A stretch of DNA of 64,000 nt. Origin: Escherichia coli (lineage in GTDB: Bacteria; Pseudomonadota; Gammaproteobacteria; Enterobacterales; Enterobacteriaceae). Under the pieces are notes generated by a model. That model was not told the DNA's origin and did no database searches. It worked only from the letters and a program-made list of their open reading frames with translations. A program made the position numbers and the translations under genes. Of the stretch, positions 19,864-33,641 are shown piece after piece. The stretch lies in NCBI RefSeq assembly GCF_003334255.1, contig NZ_QOWU01000012.1; one strand, given 5' to 3'. Numbering within the stretch: position 1 is the first letter of the stretch; each line of letters starts with the position of its first letter.

Positions 19864-20913
19864 GTGGAATTGTTGTCTGAATATGGTTTGTTTTTGGCGA
19901 AAATCGTTACCGTTGTGCTAGCGATTGCGGCGATTGCCGCCATTATTGTCAATGTTGCTCAACGTAATAAACGCCAGCGTGGCGAGTTACGGGTCAACAA
20001 TCTCAGCGAACAGTATAAGGAGATGAAAGAAGAACTGGCCGCGGCGCTGATGGACTCACATCAGCAAAAACAGTGGCACAAAGCGCAGAAGAAAAAGCAT
20101 AAGCAAGAAGCGAAAGCAGCAAAAGCGAAAGCCAAACTGGGCGAGGTGGCAACTGACAGTAAACCCCGCGTCTGGGTGCTGGATTTTAAAGGCAGCATGG
20201 ACGCCCATGAAGTGAACTCGCTACGTGAAGAGATAACGGCTGTACTCGCAGCATTCAAACCGCAGGATCAGGTTGTGCTCCGTCTGGAAAGCCCTGGTGG
20301 CATGGTGCATGGTTACGGGCTGGCGGCTTCGCAACTGCAGCGTCTGCGCGATAAAAACATTCCTTTAACTGTTACGGTAGACAAAGTCGCTGCCAGCGGC
20401 GGTTACATGATGGCCTGTGTGGCGGACAAAATTGTTTCCGCACCGTTTGCTATTGTGGGTTCCATTGGCGTGGTGGCGCAAATGCCCAACTTTAACCGCT
20501 TCCTGAAAAGCAAAGATATTGATATCGAACTGCACACTGCCGGGCAGTATAAGCGCACGCTGACGTTGCTGGGTGAAAATACCGAAGAAGGGCGGGAGAA
20601 ATTCCGCGAAGAGTTGAACGAAACGCATCAGTTGTTTAAAGATTTTGTGAAGCGTATGCGTCCTTCTCTGGATATTGAACAGGTGGCAACGGGTGAACAC
20701 TGGTACGGACAACAGGCGGTAGAGAAAGGCCTGGTTGATGAAATCAACACCAGTGATGAAGTTATTCTTAGCCTGATGGAAGGCCGTGAAGTGGTCAATG
20801 TACGCTATATGCAGCGTAAACGACTCATTGACCGATTCACCGGCAGCGCGGCAGAGAGCGCCGATCGATTGTTGCTACGCTGGTGGCAGCGGGGTCAAAA
20901 GCCATTGATGTAA
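19864..20913 (+). CDS. sohB: S49-family periplasmic protease SohB (349 aa)
   Basis: 349 aa with N-terminal TM segment; position between yciK and yciN. Confidence 0.85.
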   Translation: MELLSEYGLFLAKIVTVVLAIAAIAAIIVNVAQRNKRQRGELRVNNLSEQYKEMKEELAAALMDSHQQKQWHKAQKKKHKQEAKAAKAKAKLGEVATDSKPRVWVLDFKGSMDAHEVNSLREEITAVLAAFKPQDQVVLRLESPGGMVHGYGLAASQLQRLRDKNIPLTVTVDKVAASGGYMMACVADKIVSAPFAIVGSIGVVAQMPNFNRFLKSKDIDIELHTAGQYKRTLTLLGENTEEGREKFREELNETHQLFKDFVKRMRPSLDIEQVATGEHWYGQQAVEKGLVDEINTSDEVILSLMEGREVVNVRYMQRKRLIDRFTGSAAESADRLLLRWWQRGQKPLM

Positions 20914-20948
20914 AAGACAAACGCGAGGCTAAGACCTCGCGTTTTGCT

Positions 20949-21200
20949 TTAATCAACCAGATGATATTTTTCTGAAAGCACATGGGCCAGGTGTTTGAAC
21001 ATATTAAACACCGCGGTGCTTTTGGCTGTTGGCAATCCTTGTTCATCTAAAAAGTAGTCGCCGGTAAATACCAGCACGCCATTACGCTGCGTGACGCCGG
21101 TGGCTTCAATCCCTGCGAGCGTATCCTCATGCTCACGAATGATTTTGTTGGCCTCTTTCAACAGCGTTTCGCGGTCGATGGGTTGTGTCTCTTTGTTCAT
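20949..21200 (-). CDS. yciN: DUF2498 protein YciN (83 aa)
   Basis: 83-aa ORF at the expected position upstream of topA. Confidence 0.75.
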
Positions 21201-21579
21201 TATTTACTCCTTAAACAAGGACATTAGTCTACGCCAGGCATGGCTTGCAGACAAATATACCACGCTGGTGGCAAGAGCGCCTTACTGGCAACTTTGGATT
21301 TTGCATGCTAATAAAGTTGCGTATCGGATTTTATCAGGTACAGTGTGACGCTTTCGTCAATCTGGCAATAGATTTGCTTGACATTCGACCAAAATTCCGT
21401 CGTGCTATAGCGCCTGTAGGCCAAGACCTGTTAACTCAGTCACCTGAATTTTCGTGAACAGAGTCACGACAAGGGGTTGATATCCGCAGAGAGCGAGTCC
21501 ATATCGGTAACTCGTTGCCAGTGGAAGGTTTATCAACGTGCGACGCATTCCTGGAAGAATCAAATTAGGTAAGGTGAAT

Positions 21580-24177
21580 ATGGGTAAAGCTCTTGTCATC
21601 GTTGAGTCCCCGGCAAAAGCCAAAACGATCAACAAGTATCTGGGTAGTGACTACGTGGTGAAATCCAGCGTCGGTCACATCCGCGATTTGCCGACCAGTG
21701 GCTCAGCTGCCAAAAAGAGTGCCGACTCTACCTCCACCAAGACGGCTAAAAAGCCTAAAAAGGATGAACGTGGCGCTCTCGTCAACCGTATGGGGGTTGA
21801 CCCGTGGCACAATTGGGAGGCGCACTATGAAGTGTTGCCTGGTAAAGAGAAGGTCGTCTCTGAACTGAAACAACTGGCTGAAAAAGCCGACCACATCTAT
21901 CTCGCAACCGACCTTGACCGCGAAGGGGAAGCCATTGCATGGCACCTGCGGGAAGTGATTGGGGGTGATGATGCGCGCTATAGCCGAGTGGTGTTTAACG
22001 AAATTACTAAAAACGCGATCCGCCAGGCATTTAACAAACCGGGTGAGCTGAATATTGATCGTGTTAATGCCCAGCAGGCGCGTCGCTTTATGGACCGCGT
22101 GGTGGGGTATATGGTTTCGCCGCTGCTATGGAAAAAGATCGCTCGTGGTCTGTCTGCCGGTCGTGTGCAGTCGGTGGCGGTTCGCCTGGTGGTCGAGCGT
22201 GAGCGTGAAATTAAAGCGTTCGTGCCGGAAGAGTTCTGGGAAGTCGATGCCAGCACGACCACGCCATCTGGTGAAGCGTTGGCGTTACAGGTGACTCATC
22301 AGAACGACAAACCGTTCCGTCCGGTCAACAAAGAACAAACTCAGGCTGCGGTAAGTCTGCTGGAAAAAGCGCGCTACAGCGTGCTGGAACGTGAAGACAA
22401 ACCGACAACCAGTAAACCTGGCGCTCCTTTTATTACCTCTACGCTGCAACAAGCTGCCAGCACCCGTCTTGGATTTGGCGTGAAAAAAACCATGATGATG
22501 GCGCAGCGTTTGTATGAAGCAGGCTATATCACTTACATGCGTACCGACTCCACTAACCTGAGTCAGGACGCGGTAAATATGGTTCGCGGTTATATCAGCG
22601 ATAATTTTGGTAAGAAATATCTGCCGGAAAGTCCGAATCAGTACGCTAGCAAAGAAAACTCACAGGAAGCGCACGAAGCGATTCGTCCTTCTGACGTCAA
22701 TGTGATGGCGGAATCGCTGAAGGATATGGAAGCAGATGCGCAGAAACTGTACCAGTTAATCTGGCGTCAGTTCGTTGCCTGCCAGATGACCCCAGCGAAA
22801 TATGACTCCACGACGCTGACCGTTGGTGCGGGCGATTTCCGCCTGAAAGCACGCGGTCGTATTTTGCGTTTTGATGGCTGGACAAAAGTGATGCCTGCGT
22901 TGCGTAAAGGCGATGAAGATCGCATCTTACCAGCAGTTAATAAAGGCGATGCTCTGACGCTCGTTGAACTTACACCAGCCCAGCACTTTACCAAGCCGCC
23001 AGCCCGTTTCAGTGAAGCATCGCTGGTTAAAGAGCTGGAAAAACGCGGTATCGGTCGTCCGTCTACCTATGCGTCGATCATTTCGACCATTCAGGATCGT
23101 GGCTACGTGCGAGTAGAAAATCGTCGTTTCTATGCGGAAAAAATGGGCGAAATCGTCACCGATCGCCTTGAAGAAAATTTCCGCGAGTTAATGAACTACG
23201 ACTTTACCGCGCAGATGGAAAACAGCCTCGACCAGGTGGCAAATCACGAAGCAGAGTGGAAAGCTGTACTGGATCACTTCTTCTCGGATTTCACCCAGCA
23301 GTTAGATAAAGCTGAAAAAGATCCGGAAGAGGGTGGTATGCGCCCGAACCAGATGGTTCTGACCAGCATTGACTGCCCGACTTGTGGTCGCAAAATGGGG
23401 ATTCGCACAGCGAGCACCGGGGTATTCCTTGGCTGTTCTGGCTATGCGCTGCCGCCGAAAGAGCGTTGCAAAACCACCATTAACCTGGTGCCGGAAAACG
23501 AAGTGCTGAACGTGCTGGAAGGCGAAGATGCTGAAACCAACGCGCTGCGCGCAAAACGTCGTTGCCCGAAATGCGGCACGGCGATGGACAGCTATCTCAT
23601 CGATCCGAAACGTAAGTTGCATGTCTGTGGTAATAACCCAACCTGCGACGGTTACGAGATCGAAGAGGGCGAATTCCGCATTAAAGGTTATGACGGCCCG
23701 ATCGTTGAGTGTGAAAAATGTGGCTCTGAAATGCACCTGAAAATGGGGCGTTTCGGTAAATACATGGCCTGCACCAACGAAGAGTGTAAAAACACACGTA
23801 AGATTTTACGTAACGGCGAAGTGGCACCACCGAAAGAAGATCCGGTGCCATTACCTGAGCTGCCGTGCGAAAAATCAGATGCTTATTTCGTGCTGCGTGA
23901 CGGTGCTGCCGGTGTGTTCCTGGCTGCCAACACTTTCCCGAAATCGCGTGAAACGCGTGCGCCACTGGTGGAAGAGCTTTATCGCTTCCGCGACCGTCTG
24001 CCGGAAAAACTGCGTTATCTGGCCGATGCGCCACAGCAGGATCCGGAAGGTAATAAGACCATGGTTCGCTTTAGCCGTAAAACCAAACAGCAATATGTCT
24101 CTTCGGAAAAAGACGGAAAGGCGACTGGCTGGTCAGCATTTTATGTTGATGGCAAATGGGTTGAAGGAAAAAAATAA
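21580..24177 (+). CDS. topA: DNA topoisomerase I (865 aa)
   Basis: Start trimmed to [17 protein letters not shown] (TOPRIM); C-terminal zinc ribbons CPTCGRKM and CPKCGTAM; 865 aa. Confidence 0.95.
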   Translation: MGKALVIVESPAKAKTINKYLGSDYVVKSSVGHIRDLPTSGSAAKKSADSTSTKTAKKPKKDERGALVNRMGVDPWHNWEAHYEVLPGKEKVVSELKQLAEKADHIYLATDLDREGEAIAWHLREVIGGDDARYSRVVFNEITKNAIRQAFNKPGELNIDRVNAQQARRFMDRVVGYMVSPLLWKKIARGLSAGRVQSVAVRLVVEREREIKAFVPEEFWEVDASTTTPSGEALALQVTHQNDKPFRPVNKEQTQAAVSLLEKARYSVLEREDKPTTSKPGAPFITSTLQQAASTRLGFGVKKTMMMAQRLYEAGYITYMRTDSTNLSQDAVNMVRGYISDNFGKKYLPESPNQYASKENSQEAHEAIRPSDVNVMAESLKDMEADAQKLYQLIWRQFVACQMTPAKYDSTTLTVGAGDFRLKARGRILRFDGWTKVMPALRKGDEDRILPAVNKGDALTLVELTPAQHFTKPPARFSEASLVKELEKRGIGRPSTYASIISTIQDRGYVRVENRRFYAEKMGEIVTDRLEENFRELMNYDFTAQMENSLDQVANHEAEWKAVLDHFFSDFTQQLDKAEKDPEEGGMRPNQMVLTSIDCPTCGRKMGIRTASTGVFLGCSGYALPPKERCKTTINLVPENEVLNVLEGEDAETNALRAKRRCPKCGTAMDSYLIDPKRKLHVCGNNPTCDGYEIEEGEFRIKGYDGPIVECEKCGSEMHLKMGRFGKYMACTNEECKNTRKILRNGEVAPPKEDPVPLPELPCEKSDAYFVLRDGAAGVFLAANTFPKSRETRAPLVEELYRFRDRLPEKLRYLADAPQQDPEGNKTMVRFSRKTKQQYVSSEKDGKATGWSAFYVDGKWVEGKK

Positions 24178-24208
24178 CCTTTAATTCTGTCAGGTTTTTA
24201 TAAACAAA

Positions 24209-24232
24209 GGGTCGCGAAAGCGGCCCTTTTTT
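24209..24232 (+). terminator. Rho-independent terminator after topA
   Basis: gggtcgc-gaaa-gcggccc hairpin (one G-U pair) followed by tttttt. Confidence 0.7.
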
Positions 24233-24362
24233 ATTGCATATTATTTTTTCTTCACACCTATACACTAAGGCTATAAATGATATAGTGGTTATAGTTAGCA
24301 CCTTTTTTATTATTAAATCGTATTAGTCACCCGCCAGGTGTGACGAAAAAACGATGTTCTGA

Positions 24363-25361
<999 letters not shown>

Positions 25362-25691
25362 TTTCTTGCGTTATTTTCGGCACCTTTTATGTAGCGAAGG
25401 TGCCGGAATATATTCTCTTTTGTTACTTATTTCTATACCGTGCACAATATTTTTATCCCTCATATTTATAGGGTAAATTACCTGTAAAGTAGTGTCTAAT
25501 TACCCGCCTCGCAAACTCCAGTTTTCAAATATCTATTTCAGGTCAAAAGATTGAATTATTCACTGGAGACGATTCGTAAATTCGCTGGATTTTTGACTAA
25601 AGTTTCTTTAGGATTTGTCTCATCGTATGATTAATTACACCAATCGTTCAACGTCTTGCTGATAAGTGATGGCGATTATATGAGGTTAGCA

Positions 25692-25820
25692 ATGCCTTCT
25701 GGAAATCAGGAACCCCGCCGCGATCCTGAATTAAAACGTAAAGCCTGGCTGGCGGTTTTTCTTGGTTCTGCACTTTTCTGGGTGGTTGTCGCACTGCTGA
25801 TTTGGAAAGTGTGGGGATAA
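25692..25820 (+). CDS. ymiA: Small membrane protein YmiA (42 aa)
   Basis: ATG at 25692; translation MPSGNQEPRRDPELKRKAWLAVFLGSALFWVVVALLIWKVWG*; not in the ORF track because under 60 aa. Confidence 0.55.
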   Translation: MPSGNQEPRRDPELKRKAWLAVFLGSALFWVVVALLIWKVWG

Positions 25821-25822
25821 CT

Positions 25823-25990
25823 ATGGTCGGTCAGGAGCAACTGGAGTCGTCACCATTATGCCAGCATAGTGACAATGAAACAGAAACGAAACGGGAATGT
25901 TCCGTCGTTATTCCAGACGACTGGCAACTAACATCGCAGCAGCAAGCCTTTATAGAACTGTTTGCTGAAGATGATCAGCCGAAACAATAA
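25823..25990 (+). CDS. yciX: Small protein YciX (55 aa from internal Met)
   Basis: Track ORF 25802..25990; trimmed to MVGQEQLESSPL...; directly follows ymiA. Confidence 0.5.
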   Translation: MVGQEQLESSPLCQHSDNETETKRECSVVIPDDWQLTSQQQAFIELFAEDDQPKQ

Positions 25991-26362
25991 TTATCATCAT
26001 TCTTATTACCCATTTTTAATGAATTAAAGGGCTTTTAATACACCGCAGCAATAACAGCTTGAGTTATCTCAACACAAAATAATAACCGTTAAGGGTGTAG
26101 CCTATGATCAACACAAATATGAAATATTGGTCCTGGATGGGCGCGTTTTCTCTGTCGATGCTCTTCTGGGCCGAACTCCTCTGGATCATTACTCACTGAT
26201 CCTTGACCCCGCTGCGGCGGGGTTGTCATTTGCTTTGCCACAAGGTTTCTCCTCTTTTATCAATTTGGGTTGTTATCAAATCGTTACGCGATGTTTGTGT
26301 TATCTTTAATATTCACCCTGAAGAGAATCAGGGCTTCGCAACCCTGTCATTAAGGAGGAGCT

Positions 26363-29038
26363 ATGTCGTCAACCCTACGAGAAGCCAGTAAGGACACGTT
26401 GCAGGCCAAAGATAAAACTTACCACTACTACAGCCTGCCGCTTGCTGCTAAATCACTGGGCGATATCACCCGTCTACCCAAGTCACTCAAAGTTTTGCTC
26501 GAAAACCTGCTGCGCTGGCAGGATGGTAACTCGGTTACCGAAGAGGATATCCACGCGCTGGCAGGATGGCTGAAAAATGCCCATGCTGACCGTGAAATTG
26601 CCTACCGCCCGGCAAGGGTGCTGATGCAGGACTTTACCGGCGTACCTGCCGTTGTTGATCTGGCGGCAATGCGCGAAGCGGTTAAACGCCTCGGCGGCGA
26701 TACTGCAAAGGTTAACCCGCTCTCACCGGTCGACCTGGTCATTGACCACTCGGTGACCGTCGATCGTTTTGGTGATGATGAGGCATTTGAAGAAAACGTA
26801 CGCCTGGAAATGGAGCGCAACCACGAACGTTATGTGTTCCTGAAATGGGGAAAGCAAGCGTTCAGTCGGTTTAGCGTCGTGCCGCCAGGCACAGGCATTT
26901 GCCATCAGGTTAACCTCGAATATCTCGGCAAAGCAGTGTGGAGTGAATTGCAGGACGGTGAATGGATTGCTTATCCGGATACACTCGTTGGTACTGACTC
27001 GCACACCACCATGATCAACGGCCTTGGCGTGCTGGGGTGGGGCGTTGGTGGGATCGAAGCAGAAGCCGCAATGTTAGGCCAGCCGGTTTCCATGCTTATC
27101 CCGGATGTAGTGGGCTTCAAACTTACCGGAAAATTACGTGAAGGTATTACCGCCACAGACCTGGTTCTCACTGTTACCCAAATGCTGCGCAAACATGGCG
27201 TGGTGGGGAAATTCGTCGAATTTTATGGTGATGGTCTGGATTCACTACCGTTGGCGGATCGCGCCACCATTGCCAATATGTCGCCAGAATATGGTGCCAC
27301 CTGTGGCTTCTTCCCAATCGATGCTGTAACCCTCGATTACATGCGTTTAAGCGGGCGCAGCGAAGATCAGGTCGAGTTGGTCGAAAAATATGCCAAAGCG
27401 CAGGGCATGTGGCGTAACCCGGGCGATGAACCAATTTTTACCAGTACGTTAGAACTGGATATGAATGACGTTGAAGCGAGCCTGGCAGGGCCTAAACGCC
27501 CACAGGATCGCGTTGCACTGCCCGATGTACCAAAAGCATTTGCCGCCAGTAACGAACTGGAAGTGAATGCCACGCATAAAGATCGCCAGCCGGTCGATTA
27601 TGTTATGAACGGACATCAGTATCAGTTACCTGATGGCGCTGTGGTCATTGCTGCGATAACCTCGTGCACCAACACCTCTAACCCAAGTGTGCTGATGGCC
27701 GCAGGCTTGCTGGCGAAAAAAGCCGTAACTCTGGGCCTCAAGCGGCAACCATGGGTCAAAGCGTCGCTGGCACCGGGTTCGAAAGTCGTTTCTGATTATC
27801 TGGCAAAAGCGAAACTGACACCGTATCTCGACGAACTGGGGTTTAACCTTGTGGGATACGGTTGTACCACCTGTATTGGTAACTCTGGGCCGCTGCCCGA
27901 TCCTATCGAAACGGCAATCAAAAAAGGCGATTTAACCGTCGGTGCGGTGCTGTCCGGCAACCGTAACTTTGAAGGCCGTATCCATCCGCTGGTTAAAACT
28001 AACTGGCTGGCCTCGCCGCCGCTGGTGGTTGCCTATGCGCTGGCGGGAAATATGAATATCAACCTGGCTTCTGAGCCTATCGGCCATGATCGCAAAGGCG
28101 ATCCGGTTTATCTGAAAGATATCTGGCCATCGGCACAAGAAATTGCCCGTGCGGTAGAACAAGTCTCCACAGAAATGTTCCGCAAAGAGTACGCAGAAGT
28201 TTTTGAAGGCACAGCAGAGTGGAAGGGAATTAACGTCACACGATCCGATACCTACGGTTGGCAGGAGGACTCAACCTATATTCGCTTATCGCCTTTCTTT
28301 GATGAAATGCAGGCAACACCAGCACCAGTGGAAGATATTCACGGTGCGCGGATCCTCGCAATGCTGGGGGATTCAGTCACCACTGACCATATCTCTCCGG
28401 CGGGCAGTATTAAGCCCGACAGCCCAGCGGGTCGATATCTACAAGGTCGGGGTGTTGAGCGAAAAGACTTTAACTCCTACGGTTCGCGGCGTGGTAACCA
28501 TGAAGTGATGATGCGCGGCACCTTCGCCAATATTCGCATCCGTAATGAAATGGTGCCTGGCGTTGAAGGGGGGATGACGCGGCATTTACCTGACAGCGAC
28601 GTAGTCTCTATTTATGATGCTGCGATGCGCTATAAGCAGGAGCAAACGCCGCTGGCGGTGATTGCCGGGAAAGAGTATGGATCAGGCTCCAGTCGTGACT
28701 GGGCGGCAAAAGGTCCGCGTCTGCTTGGTATTCGTGTGGTGATTGCCGAATCGTTTGAACGAATTCACCGTTCGAATTTAATTGGCATGGGCATCCTGCC
28801 GCTGGAATTTCCGCAAGGCGTAACGCGTAAAACGTTAGGGCTAACCGGGGAAGAGAAGATTGATATTGGCGATCTGCAAAACCTACAACCCGGCGCGACG
28901 GTTCCGGTGACGCTTACGCGCGCGGATGGTAGCCAGGAAGTCGTACCCTGCCGTTGTCGTATCGACACCGCGACGGAGTTGACCTACTACCAGAACGACG
29001 GCATTTTGCATTATGTCATTCGTAATATGTTGAAGTAA
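26363..29038 (+). CDS. acnA: Aconitate hydratase A (891 aa)
   Basis: Fe-S ligand motifs SCTNTSNP and [12 protein letters not shown]; 891 aa. Confidence 0.95.
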   Translation: MSSTLREASKDTLQAKDKTYHYYSLPLAAKSLGDITRLPKSLKVLLENLLRWQDGNSVTEEDIHALAGWLKNAHADREIAYRPARVLMQDFTGVPAVVDLAAMREAVKRLGGDTAKVNPLSPVDLVIDHSVTVDRFGDDEAFEENVRLEMERNHERYVFLKWGKQAFSRFSVVPPGTGICHQVNLEYLGKAVWSELQDGEWIAYPDTLVGTDSHTTMINGLGVLGWGVGGIEAEAAMLGQPVSMLIPDVVGFKLTGKLREGITATDLVLTVTQMLRKHGVVGKFVEFYGDGLDSLPLADRATIANMSPEYGATCGFFPIDAVTLDYMRLSGRSEDQVELVEKYAKAQGMWRNPGDEPIFTSTLELDMNDVEASLAGPKRPQDRVALPDVPKAFAASNELEVNATHKDRQPVDYVMNGHQYQLPDGAVVIAAITSCTNTSNPSVLMAAGLLAKKAVTLGLKRQPWVKASLAPGSKVVSDYLAKAKLTPYLDELGFNLVGYGCTTCIGNSGPLPDPIETAIKKGDLTVGAVLSGNRNFEGRIHPLVKTNWLASPPLVVAYALAGNMNINLASEPIGHDRKGDPVYLKDIWPSAQEIARAVEQVSTEMFRKEYAEVFEGTAEWKGINVTRSDTYGWQEDSTYIRLSPFFDEMQATPAPVEDIHGARILAMLGDSVTTDHISPAGSIKPDSPAGRYLQGRGVERKDFNSYGSRRGNHEVMMRGTFANIRIRNEMVPGVEGGMTRHLPDSDVVSIYDAAMRYKQEQTPLAVIAGKEYGSGSSRDWAAKGPRLLGIRVVIAESFERIHRSNLIGMGILPLEFPQGVTRKTLGLTGEEKIDIGDLQNLQPGATVPVTLTRADGSQEVVPCRCRIDTATELTYYQNDGILHYVIRNMLK

Positions 29039-29101
29039 CAACTATTTGCTTGCCGGTTATTTTGCTTCCGGCAAGCAAATGAATTACACAATGCAAGAGG
29101 G

Positions 29102-29692
29102 TTATTTGTTCAGCAAATGGCCCATTTTCTCGGCTTTGGTATCGAGATAATGTTCGTTATTGGGGTTACGACCTACAATCAATGGTACGCGTTCAACAAT
29201 ATTAATCCCTGCTTCGGTCAGAATTTCGACTTTTTTCGGGTTATTGGTTAACAAGCGGACTTCATTGACGCCAAGGAGTTTGAACATATCAGCGCAAAGA
29301 GTGAAGTCGCGCTCATCAGCGGCGAAGCCTAACTGGTGGTTAGCCTCTACGGTATCGTAACCTTGATCCTGCAGTGCGTAAGCGCGGATTTTATTCAGCA
29401 GACCAATGTTACGACCTTCCTGACGGTGATACAGCAAAATACCACGGCCTTCCTCGGCAATTTGCGTCAATGCCGCTTCGAGCTGGAAGCCACAATCGCA
29501 GCGCAAGCTGAACAGGGCGTCACCGGTCAGACATTCGGAATGGACGCGCGCAAGTACCGGGGTATGCCCGGAAATATCGCCATAGACTAGCGCGACATGA
29601 TCGTGTCCGGTTGCCAGTTCTTCAAATCCCACCATCAGGAAATCGCCCCATGGGGTTGGCAGTTTGGCTTCTGCCACACGTTTAAGCTGCAT
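29102..29692 (-). CDS. ribA: GTP cyclohydrolase II (196 aa)
   Basis: Zinc-binding cysteine cluster [20 protein letters not shown]; start trimmed to [10 protein letters not shown]. Confidence 0.95.
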
Positions 29693-29861
29693 GAAATTCT
29701 CCAGATAATGCTGGTTCTGTATTGGCTTATTTTGCCATAACGAGAAGGGGTTCACCTAATCACGACGCGTCGATCGTTCACGGAATGGCACAAATCTGTC
29801 AATTTTTCCTGGAACTGGCGTTTTCAGTTATGATTGTGGGACTTATCAAAAAGGAGAGGCC

Positions 29862-30626
29862 ATGCGTTCGATTGCCAGACGTACCGCAGTGGGAGCTGCA
29901 CTATTGCTTGTCATGCCAGTAGCCGTATGGATTTCTGGCTGGCGTTGGCAACCTGGAGAACAAAGTTGGCTACTAAAAGCGGCTTTTTGGGTTACTGAAA
30001 CTGTCACCCAGCCCTGGGGCGTCATTACACATTTGATTTTATTCGGCTGGTTTCTCTGGTGTCTGCGTTTTCGCATTAAGGCTGCCTTTGTATTATTTGC
30101 CATTCTGGCGGCCGCAATCCTTGTGGGACAAGGCGTTAAATCCTGGATCAAAGACAAAGTCCAGGAACCACGACCTTTTGTTATCTGGCTGGAAAAAACA
30201 CATCATATTCCGGTTGATGAGTTCTACACTTTAAAGCGAGCAGAACGCGGAAATCTAGTGAAAGAACAGTTGGCTGAAGAGAAAAATATCCCACAATATT
30301 TGCGTTCACACTGGCAGAAAGAGACGGGGTTTGCCTTTCCTTCCGGTCACACGATGTTTGCTGCCAGTTGGGCACTGCTGGCCGTTGGTTTGCTGTGGCC
30401 GCGTCGGCGAACGTTAACCATTGCTATCTTGCTGGTCTGGGCAACGGGAGTCATGGGAAGCCGCCTGCTGCTCGGGATGCATTGGCCACGCGATCTGGTA
30501 GTAGCTACGTTGATTTCGTGGGCGCTGGTGGCGGTGGCAACGTGGCTTGCGCAACGAATTTGTGGGCCATTAACACCACCTGCGGAAGAAAATCGCGAAA
30601 TAGCGCAACGAGAACAAGAAAGTTAA
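29862..30626 (+). CDS. pgpB: Phosphatidylglycerophosphatase B, PAP2 family (254 aa)
   Basis: PAP2 motif PSGHT; multiple TM segments; 254 aa. Confidence 0.9.
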   Translation: MRSIARRTAVGAALLLVMPVAVWISGWRWQPGEQSWLLKAAFWVTETVTQPWGVITHLILFGWFLWCLRFRIKAAFVLFAILAAAILVGQGVKSWIKDKVQEPRPFVIWLEKTHHIPVDEFYTLKRAERGNLVKEQLAEEKNIPQYLRSHWQKETGFAFPSGHTMFAASWALLAVGLLWPRRRTLTIAILLVWATGVMGSRLLLGMHWPRDLVVATLISWALVAVATWLAQRICGPLTPPAEENREIAQREQES

Positions 30627-30774
30627 CGCTGGTTGATTTTCCGAATTTAGCCCTTAAATCATCAACAATGCGTGTGGATGCCATTTCGCAGACGGCGCGA
30701 AAATGGTACTTTAAAGGGCTATTGCGGTAAGTTGACCATAATTTATTCGCTCTAACCACATAACGGGAAGTAAT

Positions 30775-31083
30775 GTGAAATATTTACTCATTTTCTTACT
30801 GGTGTTAGCGATCTTCGTGATTTCGGTCACGTTGGGTGCGCAGAACGATCAACAGGTGACGTTTAATTATCTGTTAGCGCAAGGGGAGTACCGTATTTCC
30901 ACATTGCTGGCGGTATTGTTTGCTGCGGGGTTTGCTATCGGTTGGTTGATTTGTGGCCTGTTCTGGCTGCGAGTTCGTGTTTCCCTGGCGCGCGCTGAAC
31001 GTAAAATAAAGCGACTGGAAAACCAGCTTTCACCCGCGACTGACGTGGCTGTAGTGCCGCACTCGTCAGCGGCGAAGGAATAA
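30775..31083 (+). CDS. lapA: LPS assembly protein LapA / YciS (102 aa)
   Basis: 102-aa two-TM protein immediately upstream of lapB. Confidence 0.8.
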   Translation: MKYLLIFLLVLAIFVISVTLGAQNDQQVTFNYLLAQGEYRISTLLAVLFAAGFAIGWLICGLFWLRVRVSLARAERKIKRLENQLSPATDVAVVPHSSAAKE

Positions 31084-31089
31084 CTTTCT

Positions 31090-32259
31090 ATGCTGGAGTT
31101 GTTGTTTCTGCTTTTGCCTGTAGCCGCTGCCTATGGCTGGTATATGGGCCGCAGAAGTGCGCAACAAAACAAGCAAGATGAAGCCAACCGCTTGTCGCGT
31201 GATTACGTAGCGGGGGTTAACTTCCTGCTTAGTAATCAACAGGATAAAGCGGTAGACCTGTTTCTCGATATGCTTAAAGAGGATACAGGCACCGTTGAAG
31301 CCCACCTTACGCTCGGAAACCTGTTCCGTTCGCGTGGCGAAGTTGATCGCGCTATTCGCATCCATCAGACCCTAATGGAAAGCGCCTCGCTGACCTATGA
31401 ACAGCGTCTGTTGGCGATTCAACAACTGGGGCGTGATTACATGGCCGCCGGGTTATATGACCGCGCGGAAGACATGTTCAATCAGCTGACCGATGAAACT
31501 GACTTCCGCATTGGCGCGCTGCAACAGTTGCTACAAATCTACCAGGCTACCAGTGAGTGGCAGAAAGCAATTGATGTTGCCGAACGCCTGGTGAAGCTGG
31601 GTAAAGATAAACAGCGCGTCGAAATTGCCCATTTCTACTGTGAGTTAGCCCTGCAGCATATGGCCAGCGACGATCTCGATCGTGCCATGACCTTGCTAAA
31701 AAAAGGGGCGGCGGCAGATAAAAACAGCGCCCGCGTATCCATAATGATGGGACGCGTGTTTATGGCGAAAGGAGAATACGCCAAAGCCGTCGAAAGTCTG
31801 CAACGCGTGATATCCCAGGACAGAGAACTGGTCAGCGAAACGCTGGAAATGTTGCAAACCTGCTATCAGCAGTTGGGTAAAACTGCCGAATGGGCAGAAT
31901 TCCTGCAGCGTGCGGTGGAAGAGAACACCGGTGCCGATGCTGAATTGATGCTTGCTGATATCATCGAAGCGCGCGACGGTAGTGAGGCCGCACAGGTCTA
32001 TATTACGCGCCAGCTTCAGCGTCATCCGACCATGCGTGTGTTCCATAAGTTAATGGATTACCACTTAAATGAAGCGGAAGAAGGGCGTGCCAAAGAGAGC
32101 CTGATGGTGCTGCGTGACATGGTTGGCGAGAAGGTACGTAGTAAGCCTCGTTATCGTTGCCAGAAATGTGGTTTTACCGCATACACCCTCTACTGGCATT
32201 GTCCGTCTTGTCGGGCCTGGTCAACCATTAAACCGATTCGCGGTCTTGATGGCCTGTAA
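31090..32259 (+). CDS. lapB: LPS assembly protein LapB / YciM, TPR repeats plus rubredoxin-like domain (389 aa)
   Basis: C-terminal CQKCGF...CPSCRAW metal-binding motif; 389 aa. Confidence 0.9.
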   Translation: MLELLFLLLPVAAAYGWYMGRRSAQQNKQDEANRLSRDYVAGVNFLLSNQQDKAVDLFLDMLKEDTGTVEAHLTLGNLFRSRGEVDRAIRIHQTLMESASLTYEQRLLAIQQLGRDYMAAGLYDRAEDMFNQLTDETDFRIGALQQLLQIYQATSEWQKAIDVAERLVKLGKDKQRVEIAHFYCELALQHMASDDLDRAMTLLKKGAAADKNSARVSIMMGRVFMAKGEYAKAVESLQRVISQDRELVSETLEMLQTCYQQLGKTAEWAEFLQRAVEENTGADAELMLADIIEARDGSEAAQVYITRQLQRHPTMRVFHKLMDYHLNEAEEGRAKESLMVLRDMVGEKVRSKPRYRCQKCGFTAYTLYWHCPSCRAWSTIKPIRGLDGL

Positions 32260-32452
32260 TTTTTAAAAAAAATCCGACTTTAGTTACAACATACTAATTA
32301 TTAATGTTCCATTGTGCTCCGGCAACGACGGCGCAGAAAAAGCCTGCCAGGGGAGAAATCGCAACTGTTAATTTTTTATTTCCACGGGTAGAATGCTCGC
32401 CGTTTACCTGTTTCGCGCCACTTCCGGTGCCCATCATCAAGAAGGTCTGGTC

Positions 32453-33190
32453 ATGACGTTAACTGCTTCATCTTCTTCCCGCGCTGTTACGAATTCTCCT
32501 GTGGTTGTTGCCCTTGATTATCATAATCGTGATGACGCGCTGGCCTTTGTCGACAAGATCGACCCACGCGATTGTCGTCTGAAGGTCGGCAAAGAGATGT
32601 TTACATTGTTTGGGCCACAGTTTGTGCGCGAACTTCAACAGCGTGGTTTTGATATCTTTCTTGACCTGAAATTCCACGATATCCCCAACACTGCAGCGCA
32701 CGCTGTCGCTGCTGCAGCTGACTTAGGCGTGTGGATGGTGAATGTTCATGCCTCTGGTGGGGCGCGTATGATGACCGCAGCGCGTGAGGCACTGGTTCCG
32801 TTTGGCAAAGATGCACCGCTTTTGATTGCTGTGACAGTGTTGACCAGCATGGAAGCCAGCGACCTGGTCGATCTTGGCATGACACTGTCACCTGCAGATT
32901 ATGCAGAACGTCTGGCGGCACTGACGCAAAAATGTGGCCTTGATGGTGTGGTGTGTTCTGCTCAGGAAGCTGTGCGCTTTAAACAGGTATTCGGTCAGGA
33001 GTTCAAACTGGTTACGCCGGGCATTCGTCCGCAGGGGAGTGAAGCTGGTGACCAGCGCCGCATTATGACGCCAGAACAGGCGTTGTCGGCTGGTGTTGAT
33101 TATATGGTGATTGGTCGCCCGGTAACGCAATCGGTAGATCCAGCGCAGACGCTGAAAGCGATCAACGCCTCTTTACAGCGGAGTGCATGA
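32453..33190 (+). CDS. pyrF: Orotidine-5'-phosphate decarboxylase (245 aa)
   Basis: Start trimmed to [12 protein letters not shown]; active-site region [10 protein letters not shown]. Confidence 0.95.
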   Translation: MTLTASSSSRAVTNSPVVVALDYHNRDDALAFVDKIDPRDCRLKVGKEMFTLFGPQFVRELQQRGFDIFLDLKFHDIPNTAAHAVAAAADLGVWMVNVHASGGARMMTAAREALVPFGKDAPLLIAVTVLTSMEASDLVDLGMTLSPADYAERLAALTQKCGLDGVVCSAQEAVRFKQVFGQEFKLVTPGIRPQGSEAGDQRRIMTPEQALSAGVDYMVIGRPVTQSVDPAQTLKAINASLQRSA

Positions 33191-33516
33191 TGAGTGATTC
33201 CAACAGCCGTCTGGTCTACTCAACGGAAACCGGACGTATTGATGAGCCCAAAGCGGCCCCTGTACGCCCTAAAGGCGACGGTGTGGTGCGTATTCAGCGT
33301 CAGACCAGTGGACGTAAAGGTAAGGGCGTTTGCCTGATTACCGGTGTCGATCTCGATGATGCCGAACTGACAAAACTTGCAGCGGAACTGAAGAAAAAAT
33401 GCGGCTGCGGCGGAGCAGTTAAAGATGGAGTTATTGAAATCCAGGGCGATAAGCGTGATTTATTAAAATCACTACTTGAAGCGAAAGGGATGAAGGTAAA
33501 ACTCGCAGGCGGTTAA
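33187..33516 (+). CDS. yciH: SUI1/eIF1-like translation factor YciH
   Basis: ATGA overlap with the pyrF stop; about 109 aa. Confidence 0.85.
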   Translation: MMSDSNSRLVYSTETGRIDEPKAAPVRPKGDGVVRIQRQTSGRKGKGVCLITGVDLDDAELTKLAAELKKKCGCGGAVKDGVIEIQGDKRDLLKSLLEAKGMKVKLAGG

Positions 33517-33523
33517 CATAAAA

Positions 33524-33550
33524 AGCCACGGATATATCCGTGGCTTTCGA
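33524..33550. terminator. Bidirectional terminator between yciH and osmB
   Basis: agccacgga-tata-tccgtggct hairpin with flanking T-rich tracts on both strands. Confidence 0.65.
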
Positions 33551-33641
33551 ATATTTTACTGTGCGTATTATTCAGTTATTTCGTACTGAACAGAATCAAG
33601 CGTATTATAATTGCGAGTCGATAATCGACATTTATTTACGA

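Noticed and set aside
21538-21579. N-terminal extensions in the ORF track (topA, ribA, pyrF, puuA, puuC, puuD, puuP, yciW, yciO, yciF, yciG, pspF, pspD, ycjM)
   Set aside because: The track uses the longest frame including alternative start codons. Starts were trimmed to the Met that reproduces the expected protein length and N-terminal sequence.
23302-24034. Antisense ORFs of 117-144 aa inside topA
   Set aside because: Embedded in the topA coding region on the opposite strand, with no independent support.
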